From contig CABUQZ010000007.1 in assembly GCA_902493795.1 (NCBI GenBank), forward strand, positions 4,401 to 68,400: DNA of 64,000 nt. Direction: 5' to 3'. The notes below the pieces were generated by a model. The model ran no database searches and had not been told where the DNA came from. It saw only the letters and a list, made by a program, of their open reading frames with translations. Each line of letters starts with the position of its first letter. Position 1 is the first letter of the stretch. Positions 56,331-64,000 of this stretch are shown in pieces. This DNA is from an uncultured Clostridium sp. Lineage in GTDB: Bacteria > Bacillota_I > Bacilli_A > RF39 > UBA660. Made by a program: the position numbers and the translations under genes.

Positions 56331-56347
56331 AATTTACACGTCCTTTC

Positions 56348-56376
56348 TTGTGTAAATCCCCAATTAATGATATAAT
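56348..56376 (+). promoter_or_regulatory. extended -10 promoter facing away from int
   Basis: TTGTGT, 17-nt spacer, TGaTATAAT (56368-56376). Confidence 0.5.
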
Positions 56377-56382
56377 TATATA

Positions 56383-56486
56383 CGAGAAATCTCCAAAATT
56401 ATATTTATTATAATTATTAAAGTTTACCAGACTTTTTAATTAGGGATTTTTCATTTTGATCACTGTTCCAGCAGTGGTCTTTTTTT
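56383..56486 (+). ncRNA. candidate antisense sRNA (~100 nt) in the int-repressor intergenic region
   Basis: No ORF. It starts after the extended -10 promoter and ends at GATCACTG-TTCCAG-CAGTGGTC followed by T7. It is antisense to the int leader and carries the 20-mer TTATTAAAGTTTACCAGACT. Confidence 0.5.
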
Positions 56487-57138
56487 ATATATATTTTCTT
56501 TTAACTTGTACTACAATACCAATAATTCTTAAGGACTCAAGTTCTAGAGTTCCTTTTAAATAAGTTTTAGGTTGAATGTTATCACTCATATTAAGTGGCA
56601 TTACCATTATTCCATCATTAATATGTATTAACTTTCTTATTTTTGCATAATCACTATCTTTTTCTAAAACACAATAGAAACCATCTTTATCCATTTTTTT
56701 GCATTCTCTAATAATTAAGCAATCATCTTTATGAAATTCAGGATCCATAGAATTATCATTCATTATTAATCCAAAATAACTTTGATGATTCTTTATCCAT
56801 TCTGGAGGTATTAATTCTTCATCTATTTTAAATGCTTCGTTTTTTAAACACCAAACAGAATCTAAAAATAATTTTGAAAAAACATCAACTTTAACTACAT
56901 CATCATATAAAGCATCATCATCTTCATCAGTTATTTCTTCAATTAAATCAGATTTTTTAATATTAAAATAATCAGCAATTAAATTAATTTTTTCAACACG
57001 TGGGAATATTCTACCTGTGCACCAATCTGTTAGGGTAGTGTATGGAATATTTAAACCTTCAGCAAGTTGTCTTCTTGAAACTTTTCTTTCTTTCATAATA
57101 GCTTTAAGGTTATTTATAAATATATCTCTACTATTCAT
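56485..57138 (-). CDS. CI/LexA-like repressor (XRE HTH + S24 peptidase domain)
   Basis: HTH VSRRQLAEGLNIPYTTLTDWCTG. The S24-like C-terminal domain has DNSMDPEF (Ser) and a downstream Lys (AKIRKL). Confidence 0.8.
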   Translation of the reverse strand: MNSRDIFINNLKAIMKERKVSRRQLAEGLNIPYTTLTDWCTGRIFPRVEKINLIADYFNIKKSDLIEEITDEDDDALYDDVVKVDVFSKLFLDSVWCLKNEAFKIDEELIPPEWIKNHQSYFGLIMNDNSMDPEFHKDDCLIIRECKKMDKDGFYCVLEKDSDYAKIRKLIHINDGIMVMPLNMSDNIQPKTYLKGTLELESLRIIGIVVQVKRKYI

Positions 57139-57171
57139 ATTGTACCTCCTCTAATATAAGTATAACTTAAT

Positions 57172-57210
57172 TTACGAAAAGTTACAAGCAAAATTATGAA
57201 ACTTTCGTAA
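57172..57210. promoter_or_regulatory. operator-like inverted repeat in the repressor/cro divergent region
   Basis: TTACGAAAAGT-(18 nt)-ACTTTCGTAA. Confidence 0.5.
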
Positions 57211-57269
57211 TTTCTATTTACAATTAAAAATTTTTGTAATATTATTAAAATAGGAAGGAGGTTAAAATA

Positions 57270-57548
57270 GTGCAGGCTACGTTAAGAGCAATTCGTGTGC
57301 ACTTAAATATGAGTATTGATGATGCTGCTAAGAAAATAGGTATACCAACAAGTAGATTAAGAGCAATAGAACAACACAAGACAATGCCTAGAATTCCTTT
57401 AGTAAAAAAGATGATGGAAGTATATGATGTAGATATTGATAGTATCTTATTTAATAATAAGGAAGATATAATAAAATTGCATCAATCAAGAACACGAAGA
57501 AAATTTAGATGTAGTAGTAAAGAAGTAAATGAAGTATGTAGTAAATAG
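57270..57548 (+). CDS. Cro-like HTH protein
   Basis: GTG start 8 nt after AGGAGG. XRE-type HTH (LNMSIDDAAKKIGIPTSRLRAIE). Divergent from the repressor. An upstream promoter reads TTTACA-17-TATTAT (57217-57245). Confidence 0.65.
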   Translation: MQATLRAIRVHLNMSIDDAAKKIGIPTSRLRAIEQHKTMPRIPLVKKMMEVYDVDIDSILFNNKEDIIKLHQSRTRRKFRCSSKEVNEVCSK

Positions 57549-57593
57549 AATTTTATATCATGCAGTATCGATATATTTTTTTATAATTCTAAG

Positions 57594-57610
57594 TTACGAA
57601 AATATCGTAA
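57594..57610. promoter_or_regulatory. second operator-like palindrome
   Basis: TTACGA-AAATA-TCGTAA, with the same half-site as 57172-57210. Confidence 0.5.
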
Positions 57611-57658
57611 TTGAAGAGTCTGGTAAACTTTAATAAGAAAATAGAAGGAGATTTAAAA

Positions 57659-57922
57659 ATGAAAAGCAAAACAATAATTCAAGCTGATGAGATGCTGGAG
57701 ATACTAAATAAGCAGTGGGCTACAATACAAGATATAATGAAAATAGGTGCGTTAGGTAGAAATAAAGCTAGAAACATAAAAAATGAAATAGAAAGAAATA
57801 TAATAGATCAAGGATTAAAACTTCCTAATAATTTAGTTCCAATGGAAAAGGTAATTGAATACTTTAAAATTAATCTGGATTTTTTAGTAACAATTAATAA
57901 ATCAAAAAATGGCGAAATATAA
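57659..57922 (+). CDS. 87-aa protein, possible excisionase or DNA-binding accessory protein
   Basis: ATG 57659 follows AAGGAG. Its position (after cro, before the replication genes) and small basic helical sequence are consistent with Xis-like proteins. No motif was recognised. Confidence 0.35.
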   Translation: MKSKTIIQADEMLEILNKQWATIQDIMKIGALGRNKARNIKNEIERNIIDQGLKLPNNLVPMEKVIEYFKINLDFLVTINKSKNGEI

Positions 57923-58721
57923 TAAAGAAAAATATTATTATTTTATGTTAAAATCTAATTTCTTTGATAGTGATGTAATAAGATATCTACAACAAAAACA
58001 AAATGGATATGAAATGATAATCTTATATTTTAAATTAATATTTAAAGCTATAAATAAAGAAGGCAAATTAATTAAAAAAATAGGTAAGAAAAATATACCA
58101 TATACAATAGAAGAATTATCAATTGAAACAGGACATTCTAAAGAACTAATAGAAGATAGTATTAATTACTTTTTAGACACAGAAATGATTGAGAAAAAAG
58201 GTAATACATATTACATAGAAGATGCATTAGTATTAACGAATCAAACTACTGTAGGTGCAATGGAAATGAGAGAATATCGAGCTAAAAATAGTAGGGATAA
58301 ATGTAAGAAAAATTGTAAGCAAAAAGGTAAGACAAATATAGATATAAATAATAATAAATTAGAACTTATAACTAATAAAAAAGAATTAATAAAAAAAGAT
58401 GATAGTAAATATCAAGAAATAATAGATTATTTTAATTTTAAAACAAACTCAAAATATGTATTAATAGATGAATATAAAAAATTAATAGATAATATTTTAA
58501 ATAAATATACAACAGATGATATAAAAATAGTAATAGATAAAAAAACTTCAGAATGGATTAATAATCATAAAATGAGATCATTCCTTAGACCAGAAACATT
58601 ATTAGGTCCTAAATTTGAAAGATATTTACATCAAAAAATTGAACCAAAAACATTAAAAGATATTACAATGGCAGATATTCAAAAAGCAAAAGCTATAAGG
58701 GATGGTAAAGCAAATGGATAA
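57909..58721 (+). CDS. phage replisome organizer / DnaD-like replication protein
   Basis: N-terminal YYYFMLKSNFFDSDVIRYL..GYEMIILYFKL matches the replisome organizer N-domain. C-terminal YQEIIDYFNFKTNSKY..IKIVIDKKTSEW..FLRPETLLGPKFERYL matches the conserved phage C-terminal domain. Confidence 0.7.
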   Translation: MAKYNKEKYYYFMLKSNFFDSDVIRYLQQKQNGYEMIILYFKLIFKAINKEGKLIKKIGKKNIPYTIEELSIETGHSKELIEDSINYFLDTEMIEKKGNTYYIEDALVLTNQTTVGAMEMREYRAKNSRDKCKKNCKQKGKTNIDINNNKLELITNKKELIKKDDSKYQEIIDYFNFKTNSKYVLIDEYKKLIDNILNKYTTDDIKIVIDKKTSEWINNHKMRSFLRPETLLGPKFERYLHQKIEPKTLKDITMADIQKAKAIRDGKANG

Positions 58722-59145
58722 ATTGGATTTTGCAGAGGGAATGAAAATGCTTTCTTCTTGTTATCATAAAGATTTAAATAATGATGATTTTGTTATATGG
58801 TATGAAATGTTAAAAGATATCAATCCAGATGTATTTAAAAAGACAATAATAGAAATATGTAAAGAAAAATCATTTATGCCTACAGTACACGATATATTAG
58901 ATAAATCAAAGAATGTTAATAATAGTTATTATTTATCTATAATTGATAAAATGTATGATGATGGTTATTTTAAAAAGGGATATCAGGAATTAACAGATGA
59001 ACATGCAAATAGAAATTATGATAAAGCAATAAGATGGATAGAAAAGGGAATAATACCACAATTCTTATCAGATGACATGAATGAGTATATAAAATCTAAA
59101 ACTCAAATTAATAATAAAGAAACTTTAAGGATAGAATCATGTTAA
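58702..59145 (+). CDS. hypothetical replication-module protein (possibly a helicase-loader-like protein)
   Basis: It overlaps the upstream stop (alternative start ATG 58714). KEKSFMPTVHDIL is reminiscent of G39P-type loaders. This is a weak call. Confidence 0.3.
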   Translation: MVKQMDKLDFAEGMKMLSSCYHKDLNNDDFVIWYEMLKDINPDVFKKTIIEICKEKSFMPTVHDILDKSKNVNNSYYLSIIDKMYDDGYFKKGYQELTDEHANRNYDKAIRWIEKGIIPQFLSDDMNEYIKSKTQINNKETLRIESC

Positions 59146-59498
59146 GAACTTGTAACGTATGTGGTGGAATCCATCAAGAAGATAAGATGTGTAAAAGAAA
59201 ATATATAAGTAAAAAGAATAGTAAAGCTAATTCATTTAGAAATACTAATGCTTGGATAACAAAAAGAGAACAAATAAAAAGAAGAGATAAGTATCTCTGT
59301 CAAGTTTGTTTAAAGAACAAACTATATACATATAACAATTTACAAGTTCATCATATAATTCCAATAAATATTGACTACTCAAAAAGATTAGATAGTGATA
59401 ATTTAATAACATTATGCACATATCATCATAATCAAGCTGAAAAAGGATTAATAACTAGAGAACAATTATTAGAAACAATAGATCCCCCCGGGGAGTAA
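59139..59498 (+). CDS. HNH endonuclease
   Basis: CQVCLKN..LQVHHIIPI..DNLITLCTYHHNQAE, preceded by an N-terminal Cys pair (CNVCGG). Confidence 0.85.
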   Translation: MLRTCNVCGGIHQEDKMCKRKYISKKNSKANSFRNTNAWITKREQIKRRDKYLCQVCLKNKLYTYNNLQVHHIIPINIDYSKRLDSDNLITLCTYHHNQAEKGLITREQLLETIDPPGE

Positions 59499-59614
59499 AC
59501 AATTAAAAATAATATTTTTTTCTACACCCACAGCCCACCTAAATTCACACAATTATAAATTTTCCGTGAGTTTTTTGGAAAATAAAACAAATAAAAGAGT
59601 ATTAGTACAAACAC

Positions 59615-59938
59615 CTAATACTCAATTTTTTTAATTTCTAAAGAATTTTCATTAGTGATAATTAAAGCATATTTAACTCTTAATAATTTAAAAACCTCAG
59701 CTTTTACTTTTTCTTCATTTTCACCAAACATATTAATTAAATCTTTAGCAGAATTATAATGTTGTAAAAAAGAACCTTCATACATAGCATTTCTATAATA
59801 TGAATTTGCAATATAATAAGCAATGACTTCAGGCATAATATAGCTTTCAATATACTCATCATAATTATCTAAAAAGGGTTTTAATATAGCATTAAATTCT
59901 TCATCACTAATATCAGCATTAGTAGTCTTTCTAATCAT
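59615..59938 (-). CDS. hypothetical protein, 107 aa
   Basis: ATG 59938 follows GGAGGTG. It is the only minus-strand gene between hnh and hsdM. No motif was recognised. Confidence 0.45.
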   Translation of the reverse strand: MIRKTTNADISDEEFNAILKPFLDNYDEYIESYIMPEVIAYYIANSYYRNAMYEGSFLQHYNSAKDLINMFGENEEKVKAEVFKLLRVKYALIITNENSLEIKKIEY

Positions 59939-60105
59939 AGACACCTCCAATTTGTTGTATTAATCACTTAAATATTAAAAAATTACAAGTTATATTTAAC
60001 AAATTTTAAATTTTATTGGCTTAATTAGGCGTCAAAAGTCAATTTTTGTCAATTTTTATGTTATAATTATAAATGGAGAAAACTTTGTAATATGGAGGTA
60101 AAAAT

Positions 60106-61602
60106 ATGAATGAAACTGAATTAAAGAAGTTAGAAGATAGATTATGGTCTGCAGCAGATAAAATGAGAGGTGCAGTGTCAGTATCAGATTATAAATTTAT
60201 AGTATTAGGATTAATATTTTTAAAATATATTTCTGATTCATTTGAAGAAAGATATAAAGAGTTAGTAGAAGAAGGATATGGATTAGAAGAAGAAAAAGAT
60301 AGTTATACAGAAAAGAATATTTTTTATGTTCCTAAAAACGCTAGATGGAGTTATTTAGAGGAACATTCTAAGGATGATAATATTGGAGAAATAATTGATG
60401 ATGCGTTGACTTTAATCGAAAAAGATAATACTTCATTAAAAAATGTATTACCGAAAGATTATAATAGCCCAACAATGAGAAATGTTAACCTTGGAGAATT
60501 AATAGATTTATTTACAAATATTAAAGTTGGAACAAAAGATGCAATTGAAAAAGATATATTAGGAAGAATATATGAGTATTTCTTAGGACAATTTGCTAAG
60601 AATGAATTACAAAAGGGTGGAGAATTCTATACACCAGCATGTTTAGTTAGAACAATGGTTGAATGTATTGAACCATATCAAGGAAGAGTTTATGATCCTG
60701 CATGTGGTTCTGGTGGAATGTTTATTCAATCATTGAAATTTGTTCAAGAACATCAAGGAAATATTAATAATATCAGTATTTATGGGCAAGAAAAAAACCC
60801 AACAACTTGGAGATTGGCAAAAATGAATTTAGCTATTCGTTCTTTAAATGGAGATTTAGGAAAATATGCTGCAGATACATTTACTGAAGACTTACATAAA
60901 GATTTGAAAGCGGATTATATATTGGCTAATCCGCCATTCAATTTGGAATGGGATAGAGATAAAGTTGAAAAAGATCCAAGATGGAGATATGGTCTTGCTC
61001 CAAAAAATAATGCAAATTATGCGTGGCTTCAACACATGATATCCAAATTATCTCAAAATGGTAAAATGGCTTGTATACTTGCGAATGGTTCTTTGGCTGC
61101 TGGTTATGATGAAGCTAAAATAAGAGAGAGATTAATAGAAAATGATTTAATAGATTGTGTTATTGCAATGCCTACAAATTTATTTTATACAGTCACAGTG
61201 CCATGCTCTATATGGATAATTAATAGAAATAAAAAGCAAAAAGGGAAAACTCTATTTATAAATGCGCATAGTCTTGGCGAAATGGTTACAAGAAGACTAA
61301 GAGAATTAACTGATGAAGACATAAAGAAAATCTCAACTACATATCATAATTATGAGAATAATAATAACTATGAAAATATAAAAGGTTTTTGTTCATCTGC
61401 GACTATAGAAGAAATTAAAGGGAAAGGTTTTGCTTTAACACCAGGAAGGTATGTTGGAGTTGATGATACCGGGACAGATGATGTACCTTTTGAAGAAAAA
61501 ATGCAAAGAATTACAAGTGAACTATCTGAACAGTTCGAATTGTCTCATAAACTTGAAAATGAAATTAAAAATAATTTAAAAGCTATCGGTTATGATATAT
61601 AA
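60106..61602 (+). CDS. hsdM: type I restriction-modification system, methyltransferase subunit
   Basis: HsdM N-terminal domain (LWSAADKMRG..YKFIVLGLIFLKYISD). SAM motif I (VYDPACGSGGMF) and motif IV (LANPPFN). Confidence 0.95.
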   Translation: MNETELKKLEDRLWSAADKMRGAVSVSDYKFIVLGLIFLKYISDSFEERYKELVEEGYGLEEEKDSYTEKNIFYVPKNARWSYLEEHSKDDNIGEIIDDALTLIEKDNTSLKNVLPKDYNSPTMRNVNLGELIDLFTNIKVGTKDAIEKDILGRIYEYFLGQFAKNELQKGGEFYTPACLVRTMVECIEPYQGRVYDPACGSGGMFIQSLKFVQEHQGNINNISIYGQEKNPTTWRLAKMNLAIRSLNGDLGKYAADTFTEDLHKDLKADYILANPPFNLEWDRDKVEKDPRWRYGLAPKNNANYAWLQHMISKLSQNGKMACILANGSLAAGYDEAKIRERLIENDLIDCVIAMPTNLFYTVTVPCSIWIINRNKKQKGKTLFINAHSLGEMVTRRLRELTDEDIKKISTTYHNYENNNNYENIKGFCSSATIEEIKGKGFALTPGRYVGVDDTGTDDVPFEEKMQRITSELSEQFELSHKLENEIKNNLKAIGYDI

Positions 61603-61627
61603 ATTTTTGAATAATGATAGGAGTGAT

Positions 61628-62791
61628 ATGATGGAATATACAACATATAAAATATCTGAAATTGGAAATGTAATTACAGGAAAAACACCGCCAACAAAGA
61701 TTAAGGAGTTTTTTTCTGAAACACCAGATAAATATTTATTCATTACTCCAAGAGATATGAATATTGAATCAAAATATATATATTGTACAGAAAGATATTT
61801 AACTGATTATGTCACTGATAAATTTAAAAACATTATTATTGACGAAAAAAGCATATGCGTTAGTTGTATAGGAACTGTTGGGAAAGTATTTATTCCTTCA
61901 CAGTTGTCAATTACTAATCAACAGATTAACTCAATTACAAATATTAAGAGTTTTTGTGATTACAATTATCTATATTATTATTTGAAATGCAATTATAAAA
62001 AGATACAAGCAGTTGCAGGCGGAACTACTATGCCTATTGTAAATAAATCAAGTTTTGAAGATATAGAGGTTGAATTGCCAGATGTTATATATCAAAAAAA
62101 GGTTAGTAAAATTTTAGGAACAATTGATAGTAAAATAAAAATTAACAATGATTTAAATGCTAATATATATAATATGATGATAAATTTATTTAATAATTAT
62201 ATAGATAATTTGGAAACATATGATGAATCAACATTATCAGAAATAGCAAGTTATAAAAATGGATTGGCTATGCAAAAATTTAGACCTATTAATGAAGAAG
62301 GATTACCTGTAATAAAAATAAAGGAAATGAATTCAGGCATTTCATCTGATACAGAAAGATGTAGAACTGATATACCAAGTGACGTAACAATAAATGATGG
62401 TGATGTATTATTTGCGTGGTCAGGAACATTGTGTATGAACATTTGGTGTGGTGGTAAAGCCGGACTTAATCAACATATATTTAAGGTTACATCTGAAAAA
62501 TATCCTAAGTGGTTTTATTATTTTTGGACTTTAAAATATTTAAATAGTTTTATTGAAATTGCAGCAGGGAAAGCTACCACAATGGGCCATATAAAAAGAG
62601 AAGAATTAGATAAAGCAATCGTAAAAATTCCATCAAATGAGAGTATTAAAAAAATGGGAAATATATTTGAGCCATTATTTAAAGAATACATTAATAATAA
62701 TATTGAAAATAGACAGTTAACTGAATTAAGGGATAGTTTGTTACCGAAACTTATTAATGGTGAAATTGACTTAGATAATATTGAGGTATAA
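61628..62791 (+). CDS. hsdS: type I restriction-modification system, specificity subunit
   Basis: Two target-recognition domains separated by conserved helical spacers (..KKVSKILGTIDSKIKINNDLN.. and ..QLTELRDSLLPKLINGEIDL). ATG 61628 follows AGGAG. Confidence 0.9.
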   Translation: MMEYTTYKISEIGNVITGKTPPTKIKEFFSETPDKYLFITPRDMNIESKYIYCTERYLTDYVTDKFKNIIIDEKSICVSCIGTVGKVFIPSQLSITNQQINSITNIKSFCDYNYLYYYLKCNYKKIQAVAGGTTMPIVNKSSFEDIEVELPDVIYQKKVSKILGTIDSKIKINNDLNANIYNMMINLFNNYIDNLETYDESTLSEIASYKNGLAMQKFRPINEEGLPVIKIKEMNSGISSDTERCRTDIPSDVTINDGDVLFAWSGTLCMNIWCGGKAGLNQHIFKVTSEKYPKWFYYFWTLKYLNSFIEIAAGKATTMGHIKREELDKAIVKIPSNESIKKMGNIFEPLFKEYINNNIENRQLTELRDSLLPKLINGEIDLDNIEV

Positions 62792-62793
62792 AG

Positions 62794-63027
62794 ATGGATA
62801 AAAAAATATTACATATTGATTTTAATGAAAAACTACAAGAACAAGATACGGAATATCAAACATATGGATGTAGGCAAAAGAATCCCGATATCTGCTCCAG
62901 TAATGGAATGGAAAATATTTGCGCATTTGCTAGTAAAGATTGTATATGCAAGAAACCATCACGAGCATGGAAAAAACAATTTTTAAAACTTAAAGAAATT
63001 GGTTCTAAAAAAATAGGAAGTGATTAA
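62794..63027 (+). CDS. 77-aa Cys-rich protein nested between hsdS and hsdR
   Basis: It starts 2 nt after the hsdS stop and ends 1 nt before the hsdR ATG. It has six Cys (C-x9-C-x9-C-x6-C-x-C pattern) and a basic tail. Confidence 0.5.
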   Translation: MDKKILHIDFNEKLQEQDTEYQTYGCRQKNPDICSSNGMENICAFASKDCICKKPSRAWKKQFLKLKEIGSKKIGSD

Positions 63028-63028
63028 T

Positions 63029-64000
63029 ATGTTTACAGAAGAACAATTAGAAGATATGACAATGTCGTTGTTAGATAAGTTAAATTATGAATGTAAAAAT
63101 GGTTATAATATTGAAAGAGACTATCATAGTGTTTTTTATGATGATACATTATTTGATGATATAGCTAATATCAATAGAGATTTTACTGATGAACAAATTA
63201 ATGAAGCTATAAAAACTATTAAAAATTTAACTTATAATAACGTTGTAGAAGATAATAAAGAATTTACTAAATATTTATTACAAGGGGTACCGGTAGAAGT
63301 TAAAACTAATACTGGATATCAATATAAAAATGTTAAATTGATTGATTTTGATAATGTAGAAAACAATCACTTCCAAGCTATTAATCAATTTACTATTATT
63401 GAGTTTGAACAAAAAAGACCAGATATAATTATATTTATTAATAGTATTCCTTTAGTAGTAATAGAATTAAAAACTGCTACTAATGAAGATGTTAAGTTAG
63501 AAGATGCGTATCTTCAATTACATAAATATAGAGAAATATCTATACCATCGTTATTTAGATATAATCAATTTTTGGTTATAAGTGATGGTGTAACTGCTAA
63601 AGCAGGAACTATTACAAGTGCATATAGTAGATTTAGTGATTGGAAAAAAGTTGAAGATACAGATGTAGTAACAGAAAATATGCCAACACATGAAACATTA
63701 TTTAATGGAATGCTTAGAAAAGATAGATTGTTAGATTTAATTGGTAATTACATTTTATATAGTAATGATTCTAAAATTTTAGCACAATACCATCAATATT
63801 TTGGTGTTAAGAAAGCAATTAAATCTACTGTGACAACAGGTGCAAAAACAGGTAAAGCAGGAATCGTTTGGCATACTCAAGGTTCTGGTAAATCATTTAG
63901 TATGGTGTTCTATGCTGGTAATATGATTAAAATGTTATTAAATCCTACAATTTTAGTTGTAACAGATAGAAATGATTTAGATAATCAATTATATGAAACT
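63029..64000 (+). CDS. hsdR: type I restriction enzyme, R subunit (N-terminal 324 codons; continues beyond the window)
   Basis: My own translation gives MFTEEQLEDM..RPDIIIFINSIPLVVIELK (nuclease/PD-(D/E)xK region) ..GIVWHTQGSGKSFSMVF (helicase motif I) ..VVTDRNDLDNQ. The frame is open to the window end. Confidence 0.9.
   Translation, partial: MFTEEQLEDMTMSLLDKLNYECKNGYNIERDYHSVFYDDTLFDDIANINRDFTDEQINEAIKTIKNLTYNNVVEDNKEFTKYLLQGVPVEVKTNTGYQYKNVKLIDFDNVENNHFQAINQFTIIEFEQKRPDIIIFINSIPLVVIELKTATNEDVKLEDAYLQLHKYREISIPSLFRYNQFLVISDGVTAKAGTITSAYSRFSDWKKVEDTDVVTENMPTHETLFNGMLRKDRLLDLIGNYILYSNDSKILAQYHQYFGVKKAIKSTVTTGAKTGKAGIVWHTQGSGKSFSMVFYAGNMIKMLLNPTILVVTDRNDLDNQLYET

Larger units (their letters stand above)
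53304..64000. mobile_element. Integrative phage-satellite-like or prophage-remnant island (right end outside the window) carrying defence cargo
   Basis: It carries a tyrosine integrase, a divergent CI(S24)/Cro switch, a phage replisome organizer and an HNH endonuclease, followed by a type I R-M operon. No capsid, tail or lysis genes occur in the 10.7 kb visible. Confidence 0.7.

Overview
This is a very AT-rich chromosomal segment from a spore-forming low-GC Firmicute. spoIVA, a spoVIF-like gene and CotF-like coat genes are present. Gene order is Bacillus-like in several blocks: der...spoIVA-hup, dnaD-nth, recU-ponA, gpsB-rnpB, and rodZ-like-pgsA-recA-rny. I found one structured RNA gene (type B RNase P RNA) and no tRNA, rRNA or CRISPR array.

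Four regions are not ordinary housekeeping.

(1) 2.3-8.2 kb. About 6 kb sits inside the otherwise conserved der...spoIVA block. It encodes six small WXG100-like helical proteins arranged as three A/B pairs, plus two large proteins with WXG/LXG-like N-termini. One of the large proteins carries about 14 tandem 24-aa SHOCT-like repeats. No type VII secretion machinery is visible in the window.

(2) 33.5-39.6 kb, minus strand. This operon encodes a dockerin-bearing GH73 peptidoglycan hydrolase, a membrane-anchored cohesin protein and an LCP-PASTA protein.

(3) Two cell-envelope glycosylation modules. Each contains a paralogous GT-C-like membrane protein with a GDDW motif.

(4) About 53.3 kb to the window end. 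This is a phage-satellite-like integrative island. It carries a tyrosine integrase, a CI/LexA-like repressor, a Cro-like protein, a replisome organizer and an HNH endonuclease, and no structural genes are visible. Its cargo is a SWIM-finger protein plus a 2-TM protein next to int, and a type I R-M operon with an extra Cys-rich ORF. A candidate antisense sRNA in the island contains a 20-nt sequence whose perfect reverse complement (an inverted repeat on the + strand) lies in the leader of a putative xis-like gene.

All functional calls come from motif recognition by eye. No database search was run.
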